A stretch of 64,000 bases of DNA from Candidatus Bathyarchaeia archaeon (GTDB lineage: Archaea > Thermoproteota > Bathyarchaeia > Bathyarchaeales > Bathycorpusculaceae), in contig JAVZNC010000002.1 in the NCBI GenBank assembly GCA_038882955.1, positions 160,001-224,000 of the forward strand, given 5' to 3'. The notes below the pieces were generated by a model. The model was not told the DNA's origin. It did not search any database and worked only from the letters and a program-made list of their open reading frames with translations. Each line of letters starts with the position of its first letter. Position 1 is the stretch's first letter. This document shows positions 27,638-38,033 of the stretch, one piece after another. Both the position numbers and the translations under genes were made by a program.

Positions 27638-28972
27638 ATGGACTTTTTGGGAAAAGCGTTAGAGATGCTTCAGAAATATCCTTTATGTGATCATTGTTTA
27701 GGAAGGCAATTTGCCCTATTAGGGTGCAACATAGAAAACGCTGAAAGGGGAAGAATAATTAAATCAGCATTAACCCTCAAGGCTCACGATTTAATTCTTT
27801 CAAAGAGCGAAGAAGGTATGGAAATTTTAAGGATTCTTGCAAAAAATGGTTTCTTCCAAAACGCAACAGAAATAATTCGTAAAATGAAAAGGCGGGTTCC
27901 ACGCAAGAATGCGCCAAAAACATGCTTCTTATGTGAAAATAAATTTCAAGAAATCGAAAACACAGCGCAAAAAATTGTTGAAAACCTTGACAAATATGAA
28001 TATCGTAGCTTTTTGGTGGGAATTGAGCTGCCAGTCCGCATAGAAGAGCGAGAAGACGAGTTTAAGGCTAAATTTGACGTTGAATATGGCGAAAACATGC
28101 GAAGCGAATTCGGAAGGTTGTACGGAAAAAAACTCGCCGAACTTACTGGGAAAAACATTGATTATTCAAAACCAGACATTGTCGTCATAATAAATCCGAT
28201 AACAGGAGGTATGCGCCTCCAGATTAATCCACTTTACATTGCTGGAAACTACAAAAAAATGGTTAGAGGGATTCCGCAGTCAAAATGGTTGTGTTCAAGT
28301 TGCCGAGGGAAAGGATGCGAAAAATGCAATTGGACTGGAAAGATGTATATGGAATCTGTTGAAGAACTTATTGAAAAGCCATTTCTAGAAGAAACTGGCG
28401 GCGTAAAGGCGTCGTTCCACGCTTCTGGGAGAGAAGACATCGATGCCAGAATGTTGGGTAGGGGCAGACCATTCATGATAGAAATAGCGCAGCCTAAAAA
28501 GAGGTTTATAGACCTTAAAAAGTTGGAAGCTGCCGTGAACGCGTATGCTGAAGGAAAAATTCTGATATCCGATTTGCGGTTTGTGGACAAGTCTGTTATA
28601 CGTAAGTTGAAGAAGGGCGAGGCTTCTCAAAAGGAGTACCGCGTTATAGTGGAGTTCGAGAATGAAGTTGCCGATGACGAGTTACAAGTGCTTGAAGAAA
28701 AATTGGCGAACACCACCATCAAACAACGTACGCCACTACGCGTATTGCATAGACGGGCTGATTTAACACGGGAAAAGTACATATACGAGGTTAAAGTAAA
28801 GAAGTTGTCGCCCAAAAGAGTTGAAATGAAAATAAGATGCCAAGGAGGGCTCTATGTTAAAGAACTGGTGACTGGAGATGAAGGAAGAACAACGCCCAGC
28901 GTCTCTGAAATTCTCAAAAACAAAGCGAAGCCTATAAAACTAGATGTTTTAAATGTAATTATGAAATGTTGA
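27638..28972 (+). CDS. pus10: tRNA pseudouridine(54/55) synthase Pus10
   Basis: CDHCLGRQF, SGREDIDARMLG, QRTPLRV.HRR, GGLYVKEL. Confidence 0.95.
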   Translation: MDFLGKALEMLQKYPLCDHCLGRQFALLGCNIENAERGRIIKSALTLKAHDLILSKSEEGMEILRILAKNGFFQNATEIIRKMKRRVPRKNAPKTCFLCENKFQEIENTAQKIVENLDKYEYRSFLVGIELPVRIEEREDEFKAKFDVEYGENMRSEFGRLYGKKLAELTGKNIDYSKPDIVVIINPITGGMRLQINPLYIAGNYKKMVRGIPQSKWLCSSCRGKGCEKCNWTGKMYMESVEELIEKPFLEETGGVKASFHASGREDIDARMLGRGRPFMIEIAQPKKRFIDLKKLEAAVNAYAEGKILISDLRFVDKSVIRKLKKGEASQKEYRVIVEFENEVADDELQVLEEKLANTTIKQRTPLRVLHRRADLTREKYIYEVKVKKLSPKRVEMKIRCQGGLYVKELVTGDEGRTTPSVSEILKNKAKPIKLDVLNVIMKC

Positions 28973-28988
28973 TGGTAAAGGTGAAAAA

Positions 28989-29285
28989 ATGAGAAAATCC
29001 AAGGGCTACCGCGCAGGAACACGGAAACTCCTCAGAAAAGAACCCAGAGAAAGAGGAAAAATAAGAATAAGCAAATTACTACATGAATATCAGCCCGGCG
29101 CCCGCGTAGTAATCAAACTTGACCCAAGTGTACAAAAGGGAATGCCGCATAGACGTTATCATGGTAAAGTTGGCACGGTTATCGAAAAACGAGGACAAAG
29201 CTATGTCATAAGCGTCACACAAGGCGACGCCGTTAAGGAGATTATCGCTAGACCCGAACATCTGGAACCATACAAGGGTGATTAA
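28989..29285 (+). CDS. rpl21e: 50S ribosomal protein L21e
   Basis: SKGYR..TR, KGMPHRRYHGKVG, RPEHL. Confidence 0.96.
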   Translation: MRKSKGYRAGTRKLLRKEPRERGKIRISKLLHEYQPGARVVIKLDPSVQKGMPHRRYHGKVGTVIEKRGQSYVISVTQGDAVKEIIARPEHLEPYKGD

Positions 29286-29288
29286 ATC

Positions 29289-29621
29289 TTGTCAAAGCGT
29301 GCAGTAACCGAAAAAAAGCTTACGATTCCACAAGTTAAGAAAATACTGGAGTCCATGGGCGAAGAAAACCTCGACCAGTTTCAACGCCGCACATACGACT
29401 ACGTGTCCAAATTCTCAAAAGTTGATGCTGAAACAGCTGAAAAGCTCGTGGAAAAACTTGTTAGTGAGTTTGGTCTCGACGAGGATGAGGCTGTACAAGT
29501 GGTTAACTGCGCCCCAAAAAGCGTTGAAGAACTTCGGGTTTTCCTCGCTGGAGGCCGCAAAATCATCGAAACATCAAAATTGGAAGCAATAATTAGTCTT
29601 TTGAACGAACATCGAAAATGA
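29289..29621 (+). CDS. rpo4: RNA polymerase subunit Rpo4 (F)
   Basis: QRRTYDYVSKFSK, VNCAPKSVEELR; conserved position after L21e. Confidence 0.9.
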   Translation: MSKRAVTEKKLTIPQVKKILESMGEENLDQFQRRTYDYVSKFSKVDAETAEKLVEKLVSEFGLDEDEAVQVVNCAPKSVEELRVFLAGGRKIIETSKLEAIISLLNEHRK

Positions 29622-29671
29622 AATAGGCATTATACCATAATTTTAAAGAGCTGATAAAGGTAAAGGCAGCT

Positions 29672-30241
29672 ATGATGGAGAAAAGATACGAAGAATACGC
29701 CTACGTACTGGACTTCCTTCCACATGGTAGACCTGGGGTGCGCGTGACTGGAAGGGCTGGTTACAGAGCGGGAGCTCTTGTTCAGTTGATTGGTGAGGAA
29801 TTCTTTACTCTTTTGGAGGCGCTTGTCAAAGAGGGAGTCACTTTGAAGGCTCATGACCGCGTTTACGTGGGAAAGGAATCCAGAGAGGAAATAACCTACA
29901 TTATTGGGCGAGTGCGCTATGAGGAGCTGACTGCAGCGGCAAAAATGGAACTTCCATCTGTGGTAAGCAGAATAGTGTTGAATAGGGAAAAGTGGTTTGT
30001 TAACTTTTTTAACACGGCAAGGGCTATTACGCCGCGGATGCACGCTTTAGAGCTTATTCCTGGTATAGGCAAGAAGTACATGTGGCAAGTGATAAATGAG
30101 CGTGAAAAGAAGCCTTTCGAAAGTTTTGAGGATTTGCAAAAGCGCACTGAGCTGCCTAACCCCGTGAAGCTGATTACAAAGAGGATTTTGGAGGAACTTG
30201 CTGGCGAAACTAAATATCAGTTGTTCACGAGGACGCAGTAG
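29672..30241 (+). CDS. DUF655 family RNA-binding protein
   Basis: YAYVLDFLP.G, FTLLE, ITPRMHALELIPGIGKK. Confidence 0.92.
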   Translation: MMEKRYEEYAYVLDFLPHGRPGVRVTGRAGYRAGALVQLIGEEFFTLLEALVKEGVTLKAHDRVYVGKESREEITYIIGRVRYEELTAAAKMELPSVVSRIVLNREKWFVNFFNTARAITPRMHALELIPGIGKKYMWQVINEREKKPFESFEDLQKRTELPNPVKLITKRILEELAGETKYQLFTRTQ

Positions 30242-30252
30242 AATAGCGGTTA

Positions 30253-31083
30253 ATGGTTGAAATGAGCCTTTTAGAAGAAACGAAGTTTCTGCTTCGAAAG
30301 TATCGAATTACTCCGAAAAAGCGTCTTGGACAAAATTTTATGGTTAACCAATCAATTTTTCAGTTAATGGCAGACTACGCTTCCCTAACGGAAAACGACG
30401 TAGCATTAGATATTGGCGCTGGTTTAGGCTTTCTAACAAAATTTTTAGCTGAAAAGTGCAAAAGAGTGCTGGCTGCAGAATTTGACGCAAAACTTGTTAA
30501 AGTCCTCCGTGAACAGCTTAAGGCATATACAAACGTGGAGATTGTTGAAGGCGACGTTCTCAAAGTTCAAGTCCCCCAATTCAATAAGGTTGCTTCAATT
30601 CCACCATACAACATTTCTTCGCATTTGCTCCATTGGCTTTTTAATAAAGGATTTGAATGCGCAGTTCTGGTTTTGCAGAGAGAGTTTGCTCACCGCCTCG
30701 GCGCTCAAATCGGAAGCGAGGAGTACTGCTGGTTAACAGTTATGACATATTACAATGCGGAAGTGGAGCTTTTAGAGGATGTTCCAAACTGGATGTTTTA
30801 TCCAAAGCCAGAAGTGGATTCCATTATTGTGCGATTAAAGCCTAAAAAGCCACATCCTTTCATGGTGAAGGATGAAAGGCTCCTTCAAAAACTTACGCAT
30901 TATCTTTTTAATCGCCGCAACAGAAAGGTCAGAAACGTAATATCATCGTTTATTAAAAGTGCAAGTTTTTCGACGTCCGATAAAGCTAAAAATATTTTGG
31001 AATCCTTTGTGTTTTGTGATAAGCGGGTTAGGGAACTTGCGCCAGAAGATTTCGGAGAATTAGCCAATGCCCTTACAATGTAA
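30253..31083 (+). CDS. ksgA: 16S rRNA dimethyladenosine transferase KsgA/Dim1
   Basis: KRLGQNF, DIGAGLGFLT, FYPKPEVDS. Confidence 0.95.
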   Translation: MVEMSLLEETKFLLRKYRITPKKRLGQNFMVNQSIFQLMADYASLTENDVALDIGAGLGFLTKFLAEKCKRVLAAEFDAKLVKVLREQLKAYTNVEIVEGDVLKVQVPQFNKVASIPPYNISSHLLHWLFNKGFECAVLVLQREFAHRLGAQIGSEEYCWLTVMTYYNAEVELLEDVPNWMFYPKPEVDSIIVRLKPKKPHPFMVKDERLLQKLTHYLFNRRNRKVRNVISSFIKSASFSTSDKAKNILESFVFCDKRVRELAPEDFGELANALTM

Positions 31084-31687
31084 AACCGTATTTTTCGCGG
31101 ACAAAATCTTTCACGTCGGCAAGAACGTTTACGAACCCGCAGAGGACTCATTTCTTTTCGCAGAAAATCTAGATGTCAAAAGGGGCAACGTTGTTCTTGA
31201 CATGGGCACGGGATGCGGCATTTTGGGAATAATAGCCGCGGAAAAGGCTTCAAAGGTAATCGCTGTTGACATAAACCCGCATGCCATTCACTGTGCAAAA
31301 GAAAATGCAATACGAAACAATGTTGCTGATAAAATACTGTTTGTTCAAGGAAACTTGTTTGCACCATTAAGAACGAAAAGGCTTTTTGATTTAATCCTTT
31401 TCAATGCGCCTTACCTACCAACAAGAACTACCGAAAAACTCTCATGGATTGAGTACGCGTGGTCTGGCGGATTAAATGGAAGGCAAGTGATTGACCGCTT
31501 TATTTGCGAAGTGCCAAAATACTTGAAGGCTTGTGGGCGTGTGCTTTTGATGCAATCGAACCTTTCGGGAATCGGCGAAACAGCGCAACAGTTTAGAGAC
31601 GTTGGAATGAAGGCGAGGGTCATTGCAGAGCGTAATTTGCCATTCTTTGAAAAGGTTGTGCTTTTCGCGGCAGAACCGTTCGCATGA
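31067..31687 (+). CDS. HemK2/PrmC-like methyltransferase
   Basis: VYEPAEDSFL, LDMGTGCG, FNAPYLP. Confidence 0.92.
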   Translation: MPLQCKTVFFADKIFHVGKNVYEPAEDSFLFAENLDVKRGNVVLDMGTGCGILGIIAAEKASKVIAVDINPHAIHCAKENAIRNNVADKILFVQGNLFAPLRTKRLFDLILFNAPYLPTRTTEKLSWIEYAWSGGLNGRQVIDRFICEVPKYLKACGRVLLMQSNLSGIGETAQQFRDVGMKARVIAERNLPFFEKVVLFAAEPFA

Positions 31688-31740
31688 AAAAACTTATAAC
31701 GTGTAAACTTTACTATTGCTAGAAAATTTGAGGTCTCAAA

Positions 31741-32256
31741 ATGTGCATACTGGGCAAAGACAAGTTAAGGGAACTCATTGAAAACTACAAGTGTATTTAC
31801 CCATATGATTATAATTTGTTGGATGGAGACAGCTACATACTGACAGTGAAGGAGGAGACAACGCTTCACTATCTAGAGCATAAAAACCTAATATCCTACG
31901 AAATAGTTTTCACTCCACCAAATTATGTTGCACATTTAACGGCGAAAAGCAAGTATGGAAGGATGGGTCTATCTTTCCTCAACGCTGCAAAGGTTCACAG
32001 TGGCTTTGTAGGAAGACTCGCCCTAGAACTCGTAAATTTGAGCAACGACCGCTGCCCAATCACTATTAAGCGTGGAGACCCATTCATGCATATAGAATTT
32101 GAGACAAGGGACGGCGAACCCGCACCATACATGGGCGAATATCAATTCCAATACTTGACAGATGACGAGGTACGCATGTATGTTCCAATTTTAAAGAAGG
32201 TTTTTCCAAACTATGATGAACTTGCAAAAATATGGCTGAAAGGTAGAAGATTGTAG
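31741..32256 (+). CDS. dCTP deaminase/dUTPase family protein
   Basis: AKSKYGRMGL, VHSGFVGRLALELVN, Y.GEYQ.Q. Confidence 0.82.
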   Translation: MCILGKDKLRELIENYKCIYPYDYNLLDGDSYILTVKEETTLHYLEHKNLISYEIVFTPPNYVAHLTAKSKYGRMGLSFLNAAKVHSGFVGRLALELVNLSNDRCPITIKRGDPFMHIEFETRDGEPAPYMGEYQFQYLTDDEVRMYVPILKKVFPNYDELAKIWLKGRRL

Positions 32257-32361
32257 CGCCATTAATTTAGAAACAATATTTTAAATTCATAACTTTAATC
32301 AAAACATTTTCTCAACAAATCGTTTAAATATAACGGTTCTGGTATGCTGAAGGGGAACTGT

Positions 32362-32880
32362 ATGCGCGCAAAAAACTACAGAGAAGTAAAAGGTCAGCCC
32401 TACACTAGGCGAGAGTTTGTAAAGGGTTTCCCTCAACCCAAAATAACAAAATTTACAATGGGAAATACAAAAGTGCAATTTGAATATGAAGCTAAACTTA
32501 TAGCACTTGAAAAAGCCCAAATCCGCCACAACGCCCTTGAGGCGGCACGTGTGGCTACAAACCGTCTTCTCATGGAGAAGCTTTCAGACAATTACCGATT
32601 ACAAGTCAATCCATATCCACACGTAATCCTTAGAGAAAACAAGATGATTTTTGGTGCTCATGCGGACCGCCTACAAGACGGTATGCGCAGAGCATTTGGA
32701 AAGCCCATAGGAACTGCAGCCCGCATTGAGCCTAAACAAGCAATAATTACTGTTTGTGTTAACGCGGATGGACTTGAAGTTGCAAAAGAAGCCTTAAGGC
32801 GAGGAAGCGCAAAGCTTCCAATACCTTGTAGAATAGTAATCGAAAAAGTCCAGAAAGAAGAGGTGAAAAACATTGGCTGA
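32362..32880 (+). CDS. rpl10e: 50S ribosomal protein L10e/uL16
   Basis: ALEAARVA, PHVILRENKM, ADRLQDGMRRAFGKP. Confidence 0.96.
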   Translation: MRAKNYREVKGQPYTRREFVKGFPQPKITKFTMGNTKVQFEYEAKLIALEKAQIRHNALEAARVATNRLLMEKLSDNYRLQVNPYPHVILRENKMIFGAHADRLQDGMRRAFGKPIGTAARIEPKQAIITVCVNADGLEVAKEALRRGSAKLPIPCRIVIEKVQKEEVKNIG

Positions 32881-35344
32881 AATGAAAAAAGATTTAGTAA
32901 TATGGTTCGAAAACCTAAGAAAAACAGACATACCCTCAGTCGGTGGCAAAAACGCCAATCTAGGCGAAATGACCAGCGCTGGCATACCCGTCCCTCCAGG
33001 CTTTGCCGTTACCGCCTATGCCTACAAACGCTTCATTGAAGAAACGGGAATAGCCGCAAAAATATATGAACTAATACGTGAAACCGTTACAAACCCAAGC
33101 GATCCGAAACAATACGAGATAGCCTCAAAAAAGATTCGTGAACTGATAGAAGCAACACCTGTACCAAAAGAAATTGAAAGCGCCATTAGAATAGCCTACG
33201 AAGAGCTATGCAAACGACTCAATATGAAAGACGTTTTTGTCGCCGTAAGGTCAAGCGCCACAGCTGAAGACTTGCCAGACGCATCTTTTGCTGGGCAACA
33301 AGAAACGTACCTCAATGTTAAAGGTGCCGACGAAGTTGTGGAAAAAACCTTGAAATGCTGGTCAAGCCTGTTCACGCCGCGTGCAATCTTTTATCGCTCA
33401 GAAAAAGGCTTTGCTCATGAAAAAGTCTTCATAAGTGTGGGCATCCAAAAAATGGTTAACTCTAAAGCTGCTGGTGTCATGTTCACCATAAACCCCGTTA
33501 CTGGCGACCCAGACCAAATAGTAATCGAGGGTAATTACGGGCTAGGCGAAGCTGTTGTTTCTGGTGCTGTGACCCCCGATGACTTTATTATTGACAAGAG
33601 AACATTGAAGGTTATTGAGAAGCATATAGCAAAGAAAACCGTTCAGTACATACGTGACCCAAAAACTGGAAAAACGGTTCATGTTGAAGTTCCCCCAGAA
33701 AAACAGGAGCAATCATGCCTAAACGATGAGGAAATACTTAAACTGGCAGAACTGGCAAAGCGAATAGAGCAGCATTACGGAAAAGCTCAAGACATAGAAT
33801 GGGCAATCGACAGCGACCTGTCGTTCCCAAACAATGTCTTCATCGTACAGTCAAGACCTGAGACCGTTTGGAGCGCAAAGGCTGCGCAGCTTCCAGAAAA
33901 GGAAGTTGTGGAAAAGTCTGCTGAGATGCTTAAGGTGGTTGTTAAGGGCATAGCTGCGGGCAAGAGAGGTTTTGGCGTGGGTGTGGCAAGAGTGGTTTTG
34001 AACCCGCAGGAAGCCGCGAAAGTTATGCAAAAAGGCGATATTCTAGTAACGGATATGACTAATCCAGATTACGTGCCGTTCATGAAACTTGCAGGCGCAA
34101 TAGTGACAGACAAAGGCGGTGTTACATGCCATGCAGCCATCGTTAGCCGTGAACTTGGCATACCATGCGTTGTCGGAACAGAAAACGCCACAAAACTTAT
34201 GGTTACAGGTAAAGAGTACACGGTGGACGCGAGAAGCGGCGTCGTTTATGAAGGTGCTCTGCCAACACTGACGGAGCAGCTTTCATCATCTGCTGCAACT
34301 GCTTCCCCAACTACTCCCTCTGGTGGAGGAATCGTCTATTCGGTACCAGTAACTGCAACAAAAATATACATGAACTTGGGTGTTCCAGAAAAGATAGAAG
34401 ATTACAAGGATCTGCCGTTCGAAGGCATTGGGCTGATGCGCATAGAGTTTATCCTAGCCAGCTACATAGGCGAGCATCCGTTATACCTCGTTGAAACTGG
34501 GCAATCACAGAAGTTTGTTGACAAGCTTGCAGAGGGAATAGCCACTGTTGCAAGGGCTATACAGCCACGCCCAGTGGTCGTTCGCTTTAGCGACTTCAAA
34601 ACTAATGAGTATAGGGAGTTGAAGGGCGGCGAGAAATATGAGATTGTCGAGGCAAACCCGATGCTTGGATGGAGAGGCTGCAGCCGCTACATAAGCCCAT
34701 GGTATGAAAAAGCTTTCAGACTTGAATGCCAAGCAATAAACAAATGTAGAAAGGAATGGGGACTCAAGAACGTTTGGGTTATGCTTCCAGTTGTTCGCAC
34801 AGTATGGGAAGCCAAAAAATGTCTAGAAATTATGCGCGAGGAAGGCTTGGAAAGGTCAAGAGACTTCCAAGTTTGGTTCATGGCTGAAACACCTTCCATC
34901 GCGATACTTGCAGACGAATTTTCAAAGCTTTGCGATGGCTTTTCGATAGGCTCAAACGACATGACGCAAGGCATATTGATGATTGACAGAGATTCAGAAC
35001 GCTTGGGACAAATGGGATACTTCGACGAAAGAGACCCAGCGGTAAAAAGAATAATCGCCCACCTAATCAAAGTGGCACACGCTAACGGCTGCACTGTATC
35101 AATATGCGGAGAAGGTCCATCGAACTTGCCGGACTTTACGGAATTCCTTGTAAGGGCTGGAATCGACAGCATATCCGTCAACGCAGACGCTGTTGTTGCA
35201 ACCAAAAAGCTTGTTGCAAGCATAGAGCAAAAGTTAATCCTTGAGCAGCTTGCAGAACAAAAGGAGAGAACCCTCGGGCGTCCACAAAGGAAACCGAAAC
35301 GCGAATGGGAATGGGCGCCTCACTGGGATGAAACGACAGAATAA
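32873..35344 (+). CDS. ppsA: Phosphoenolpyruvate synthase
   Basis: VGGKNANLGEM, AVRSSATAEDLPDASFAGQQET, GGVTCHAAIVSRELG, EANPMLGWRG, SIGSND. Confidence 0.97.
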   Translation: MAEMKKDLVIWFENLRKTDIPSVGGKNANLGEMTSAGIPVPPGFAVTAYAYKRFIEETGIAAKIYELIRETVTNPSDPKQYEIASKKIRELIEATPVPKEIESAIRIAYEELCKRLNMKDVFVAVRSSATAEDLPDASFAGQQETYLNVKGADEVVEKTLKCWSSLFTPRAIFYRSEKGFAHEKVFISVGIQKMVNSKAAGVMFTINPVTGDPDQIVIEGNYGLGEAVVSGAVTPDDFIIDKRTLKVIEKHIAKKTVQYIRDPKTGKTVHVEVPPEKQEQSCLNDEEILKLAELAKRIEQHYGKAQDIEWAIDSDLSFPNNVFIVQSRPETVWSAKAAQLPEKEVVEKSAEMLKVVVKGIAAGKRGFGVGVARVVLNPQEAAKVMQKGDILVTDMTNPDYVPFMKLAGAIVTDKGGVTCHAAIVSRELGIPCVVGTENATKLMVTGKEYTVDARSGVVYEGALPTLTEQLSSSAATASPTTPSGGGIVYSVPVTATKIYMNLGVPEKIEDYKDLPFEGIGLMRIEFILASYIGEHPLYLVETGQSQKFVDKLAEGIATVARAIQPRPVVVRFSDFKTNEYRELKGGEKYEIVEANPMLGWRGCSRYISPWYEKAFRLECQAINKCRKEWGLKNVWVMLPVVRTVWEAKKCLEIMREEGLERSRDFQVWFMAETPSIAILADEFSKLCDGFSIGSNDMTQGILMIDRDSERLGQMGYFDERDPAVKRIIAHLIKVAHANGCTVSICGEGPSNLPDFTEFLVRAGIDSISVNADAVVATKKLVASIEQKLILEQLAEQKERTLGRPQRKPKREWEWAPHWDETTE

Positions 35345-35395
35345 AAGATGATGCACTCTTCAACCTTTATTTTTCAAGTTTAAGGGCTTGATTAA

Positions 35396-36397
35396 ATGAG
35401 ACTTTTCGACCTTGAAGAGGAAAGAATAAAGAGGGAAATACAAAGGCTTGGGGCAAAACGCGTTTTAATTCAACTTCCAGAAGGCTTGAAGTCAGAAGCG
35501 CCACGACTGGCAAAAATTATTGAAAGGGCTGGAGCACTGCCAATAATTTCCGCAGATCCATGCTATGGGGCATGTGACTTAGCAACGGTTGATGCGGAAA
35601 GTTTGGGCGCTGACTTACTAATTCATTATGGGCATTCTAAAATGTTAAGGCATGAGCGTGTTCCCACGGTTTATGTTGAAGCTAGGGCAACCGTGAATGT
35701 TGAAGCGGCAGTTGAAAGCGCTTTGCCCTTGCTTGAAAAGTGGCGCAAGATAGGATTAGCAACAACAGTGCAGCATGTACAAACAATAGACAACGCTAAA
35801 GACGTGCTGCTGCATGCTGGAAAAGCCGTTATCGTAGGCGATGCTGGACAACTAAACTATCCTGGACAAGTTATTGGCTGCAACTACAGCAACGCAACGT
35901 CGATAGCAAAAGACGTTGAAGCTTTCCTGTTCATAGGCGGTGGACGCTTCCACGCAATAGGTGTTGCTCTTTCAACCTCTAAACCCACAATCGTTGCAGA
36001 CCCATATGAAACGGCAGCTTTTTCTATTGACAAGGACGCAGAGAAAATAGTAAAGCAGCGGTGGGCTAGCATAGAGGAAGCCAAACAAGCGAGAAACGTA
36101 GCTGTTTTGGTGGGTTTGAAACCTGGACAAAAACAGCTTGAGAAAGCAGTGAATTTGAAGCAGAAGCTTGAAGAGAAGGGCAAAAGCGTATGCCTCTTTG
36201 CTGTTAGAGAGGTCACCCCAGAAGTGTTAATGGAGTTTCCAGCGATAGACGCCTACGTAAACACTGCGTGTCCAAGGATATCGCTTGACGACTCTTCCAG
36301 ATTCAAAAAGCCGATATTAACGGTGAACGAAGCCTTAGCTGTAGTCGACAAATTATCTTGGGAAGAGTTATGCAAAAGAGGCTGGTTCGAAAACTAG
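35396..36397 (+). CDS. dph2: Diphthamide biosynthesis enzyme Dph2
   Basis: QLPEGLK, CYGACD, GQVIGC, TACPRI. Confidence 0.95.
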   Translation: MRLFDLEEERIKREIQRLGAKRVLIQLPEGLKSEAPRLAKIIERAGALPIISADPCYGACDLATVDAESLGADLLIHYGHSKMLRHERVPTVYVEARATVNVEAAVESALPLLEKWRKIGLATTVQHVQTIDNAKDVLLHAGKAVIVGDAGQLNYPGQVIGCNYSNATSIAKDVEAFLFIGGGRFHAIGVALSTSKPTIVADPYETAAFSIDKDAEKIVKQRWASIEEAKQARNVAVLVGLKPGQKQLEKAVNLKQKLEEKGKSVCLFAVREVTPEVLMEFPAIDAYVNTACPRISLDDSSRFKKPILTVNEALAVVDKLSWEELCKRGWFEN

Positions 36398-37056
36398 ATC
36401 TTGAGTTATTGCTGTCCCAAATTCAGCAGCATCCATCCCCCAAAGCAAATCTTGAACAGTACACAATTCCAGTGGATGTTGCAGCAACAATGCTTTACAT
36501 GGCAGCCTACACTTACGATGATATTGCCGATAAAACCGTTGTGGACATGGGTTGCGGCACTGGGCGACTGGCTCTTGGAGCAGCATTTTTAGGGGCTAAA
36601 GAAGTGGTGGGCATAGACATCGATAAGACAGCCATAAAATTGGCTTTCGAAAATTCTGTCAAACTGAAATTAAAAAATGGGGTACAATGGATTAACGCTG
36701 ACATAAGCACTGTTCGTGGAAAATTTGACACGGTATTGCAAAATCCACCGTTTGGCGTGCAGAAACGCAAGGCTGATGCAAAGTTTCTGGAAAAAGCTTT
36801 GGCAACAGGCAAAAGGGTATATTCGCTTCATAAAAGCCCTTGTAAAGACAAAAGATTCATGAAAAAGGTGGAAGCATCAACATCTGGTTTTGTTGCAGCA
36901 GCACCTTCTTCATTTATCGAGGATTTCGTTGAAAGCGTAGGTGGAAAGATAATCGCGGCATATTCTATGGTGATGACTATCCCACACATGTTTCCATTCC
37001 ACACAAAAAAGAGGCATAGCTTCCTTGTGGATTTATATATTATCGAGAAATTTTGA
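36358..37056 (+). CDS. METTL5-family RNA methyltransferase
   Basis: LEQYTIP, DMGCGTGRL, QNPPFG, FPFHTKK. Confidence 0.92.
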   Translation: MGRVMQKRLVRKLDLELLLSQIQQHPSPKANLEQYTIPVDVAATMLYMAAYTYDDIADKTVVDMGCGTGRLALGAAFLGAKEVVGIDIDKTAIKLAFENSVKLKLKNGVQWINADISTVRGKFDTVLQNPPFGVQKRKADAKFLEKALATGKRVYSLHKSPCKDKRFMKKVEASTSGFVAAAPSSFIEDFVESVGGKIIAAYSMVMTIPHMFPFHTKKRHSFLVDLYIIEKF

Positions 37057-37166
37057 AATCAAAAGGTTTATTGACTTGCGCGATAAACTACATTGGTGCT
37101 ATGCAAGTTTAACATTTGCAATATTGCAAAGTAACTTGAATTTGGAATGGTGAAAAGGGAATTTAA

Positions 37167-37748
37167 ATGAGCTTCGATGACAAGAATCGAGAAAGCGGCA
37201 AATTTGTGTTGCCTGGAGAGCGGCTGGGCGTTATTGAAGAGTTCATTCCGGACACTGGAACATACGTTAAAGATGGAGTGATATACGCCAAAGTTGTTGG
37301 AAGAGCTTTGCTTGACCTTTTTAATAAGCGTGTTTCAGTTTACCCGCTAATACGTGGTTCAAGAGTGCCAAACGTTGGGAGCATAGTTTTAGGGCAAGTG
37401 GCAAGCGTCCAAAATGAAAATGCGGCTGTGCGAATTTTTAAGGTCGGAGGCAGAATGCTTTCCGGATTATTTACTGGCATTCTTCACGTGTCTGACGTTC
37501 AAATGCGATATGTGGAATCAATGTATGACGTTTGCAAGCCAGGCGACATAATGAGAGCCAAAGTCATAAGCGACAAAAACAGAGTTTACCATCTGTCCAT
37601 TAAAGACAGAAATTTAGGCGTTATTTATGCCTTCTGTTCACAATGCGGGTTCATGCTAGGATTATGGCGACATGCAATGCGATGTCCCAAATGTGGAAAA
37701 GTTGAAAAGCGCAAAACAGCCTTAGATTATGGAAAAGGGGTTGTCTAA
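37167..37748 (+). CDS. csl4: Exosome subunit Csl4
   Basis: VLPGERLGVIEEF, S1 domain (PGDIMRAKVIS), LGVIYAFCSQC...CPKCG..EKRK. Confidence 0.94.
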   Translation: MSFDDKNRESGKFVLPGERLGVIEEFIPDTGTYVKDGVIYAKVVGRALLDLFNKRVSVYPLIRGSRVPNVGSIVLGQVASVQNENAAVRIFKVGGRMLSGLFTGILHVSDVQMRYVESMYDVCKPGDIMRAKVISDKNRVYHLSIKDRNLGVIYAFCSQCGFMLGLWRHAMRCPKCGKVEKRKTALDYGKGVV

Positions 37749-38033
37749 TTGAAAATCAAAGTTTTGAAAGAAACTTCAAACGAGCTTAAAATTGAAGTAG
37801 AAGGCATTGGACACACGCTGTGCAACATATTACAGAAAATATTATCAGAAGACGAGAACGTGGATTTGGCAGGCTACGATATACCACATCCACTAGCATC
37901 AAATCCAGTAATATACGTTCGGACAAAAGGAAAAGCAAAACCAGAAGAGGCTCTTTTAAAGGCTATAGAAAAGGCACGCAACATAAACAAAGAATTTAGA
38001 GAAGAGTTGGAAAGAGCCCTTAAGAAAACCTAA
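37749..38033 (+). CDS. rpo11: RNA polymerase subunit Rpo11 (L)
   Basis: GHTLCN.L, AGYDIPHPL. Confidence 0.94.
   Translation: MKIKVLKETSNELKIEVEGIGHTLCNILQKILSEDENVDLAGYDIPHPLASNPVIYVRTKGKAKPEEALLKAIEKARNINKEFREELERALKKT

Noticed and set aside
34270-34335. Ser/Thr/Pro-rich stretch in PpsA
   Set aside because: Falls at the normal inter-domain linker after the phospho-His domain
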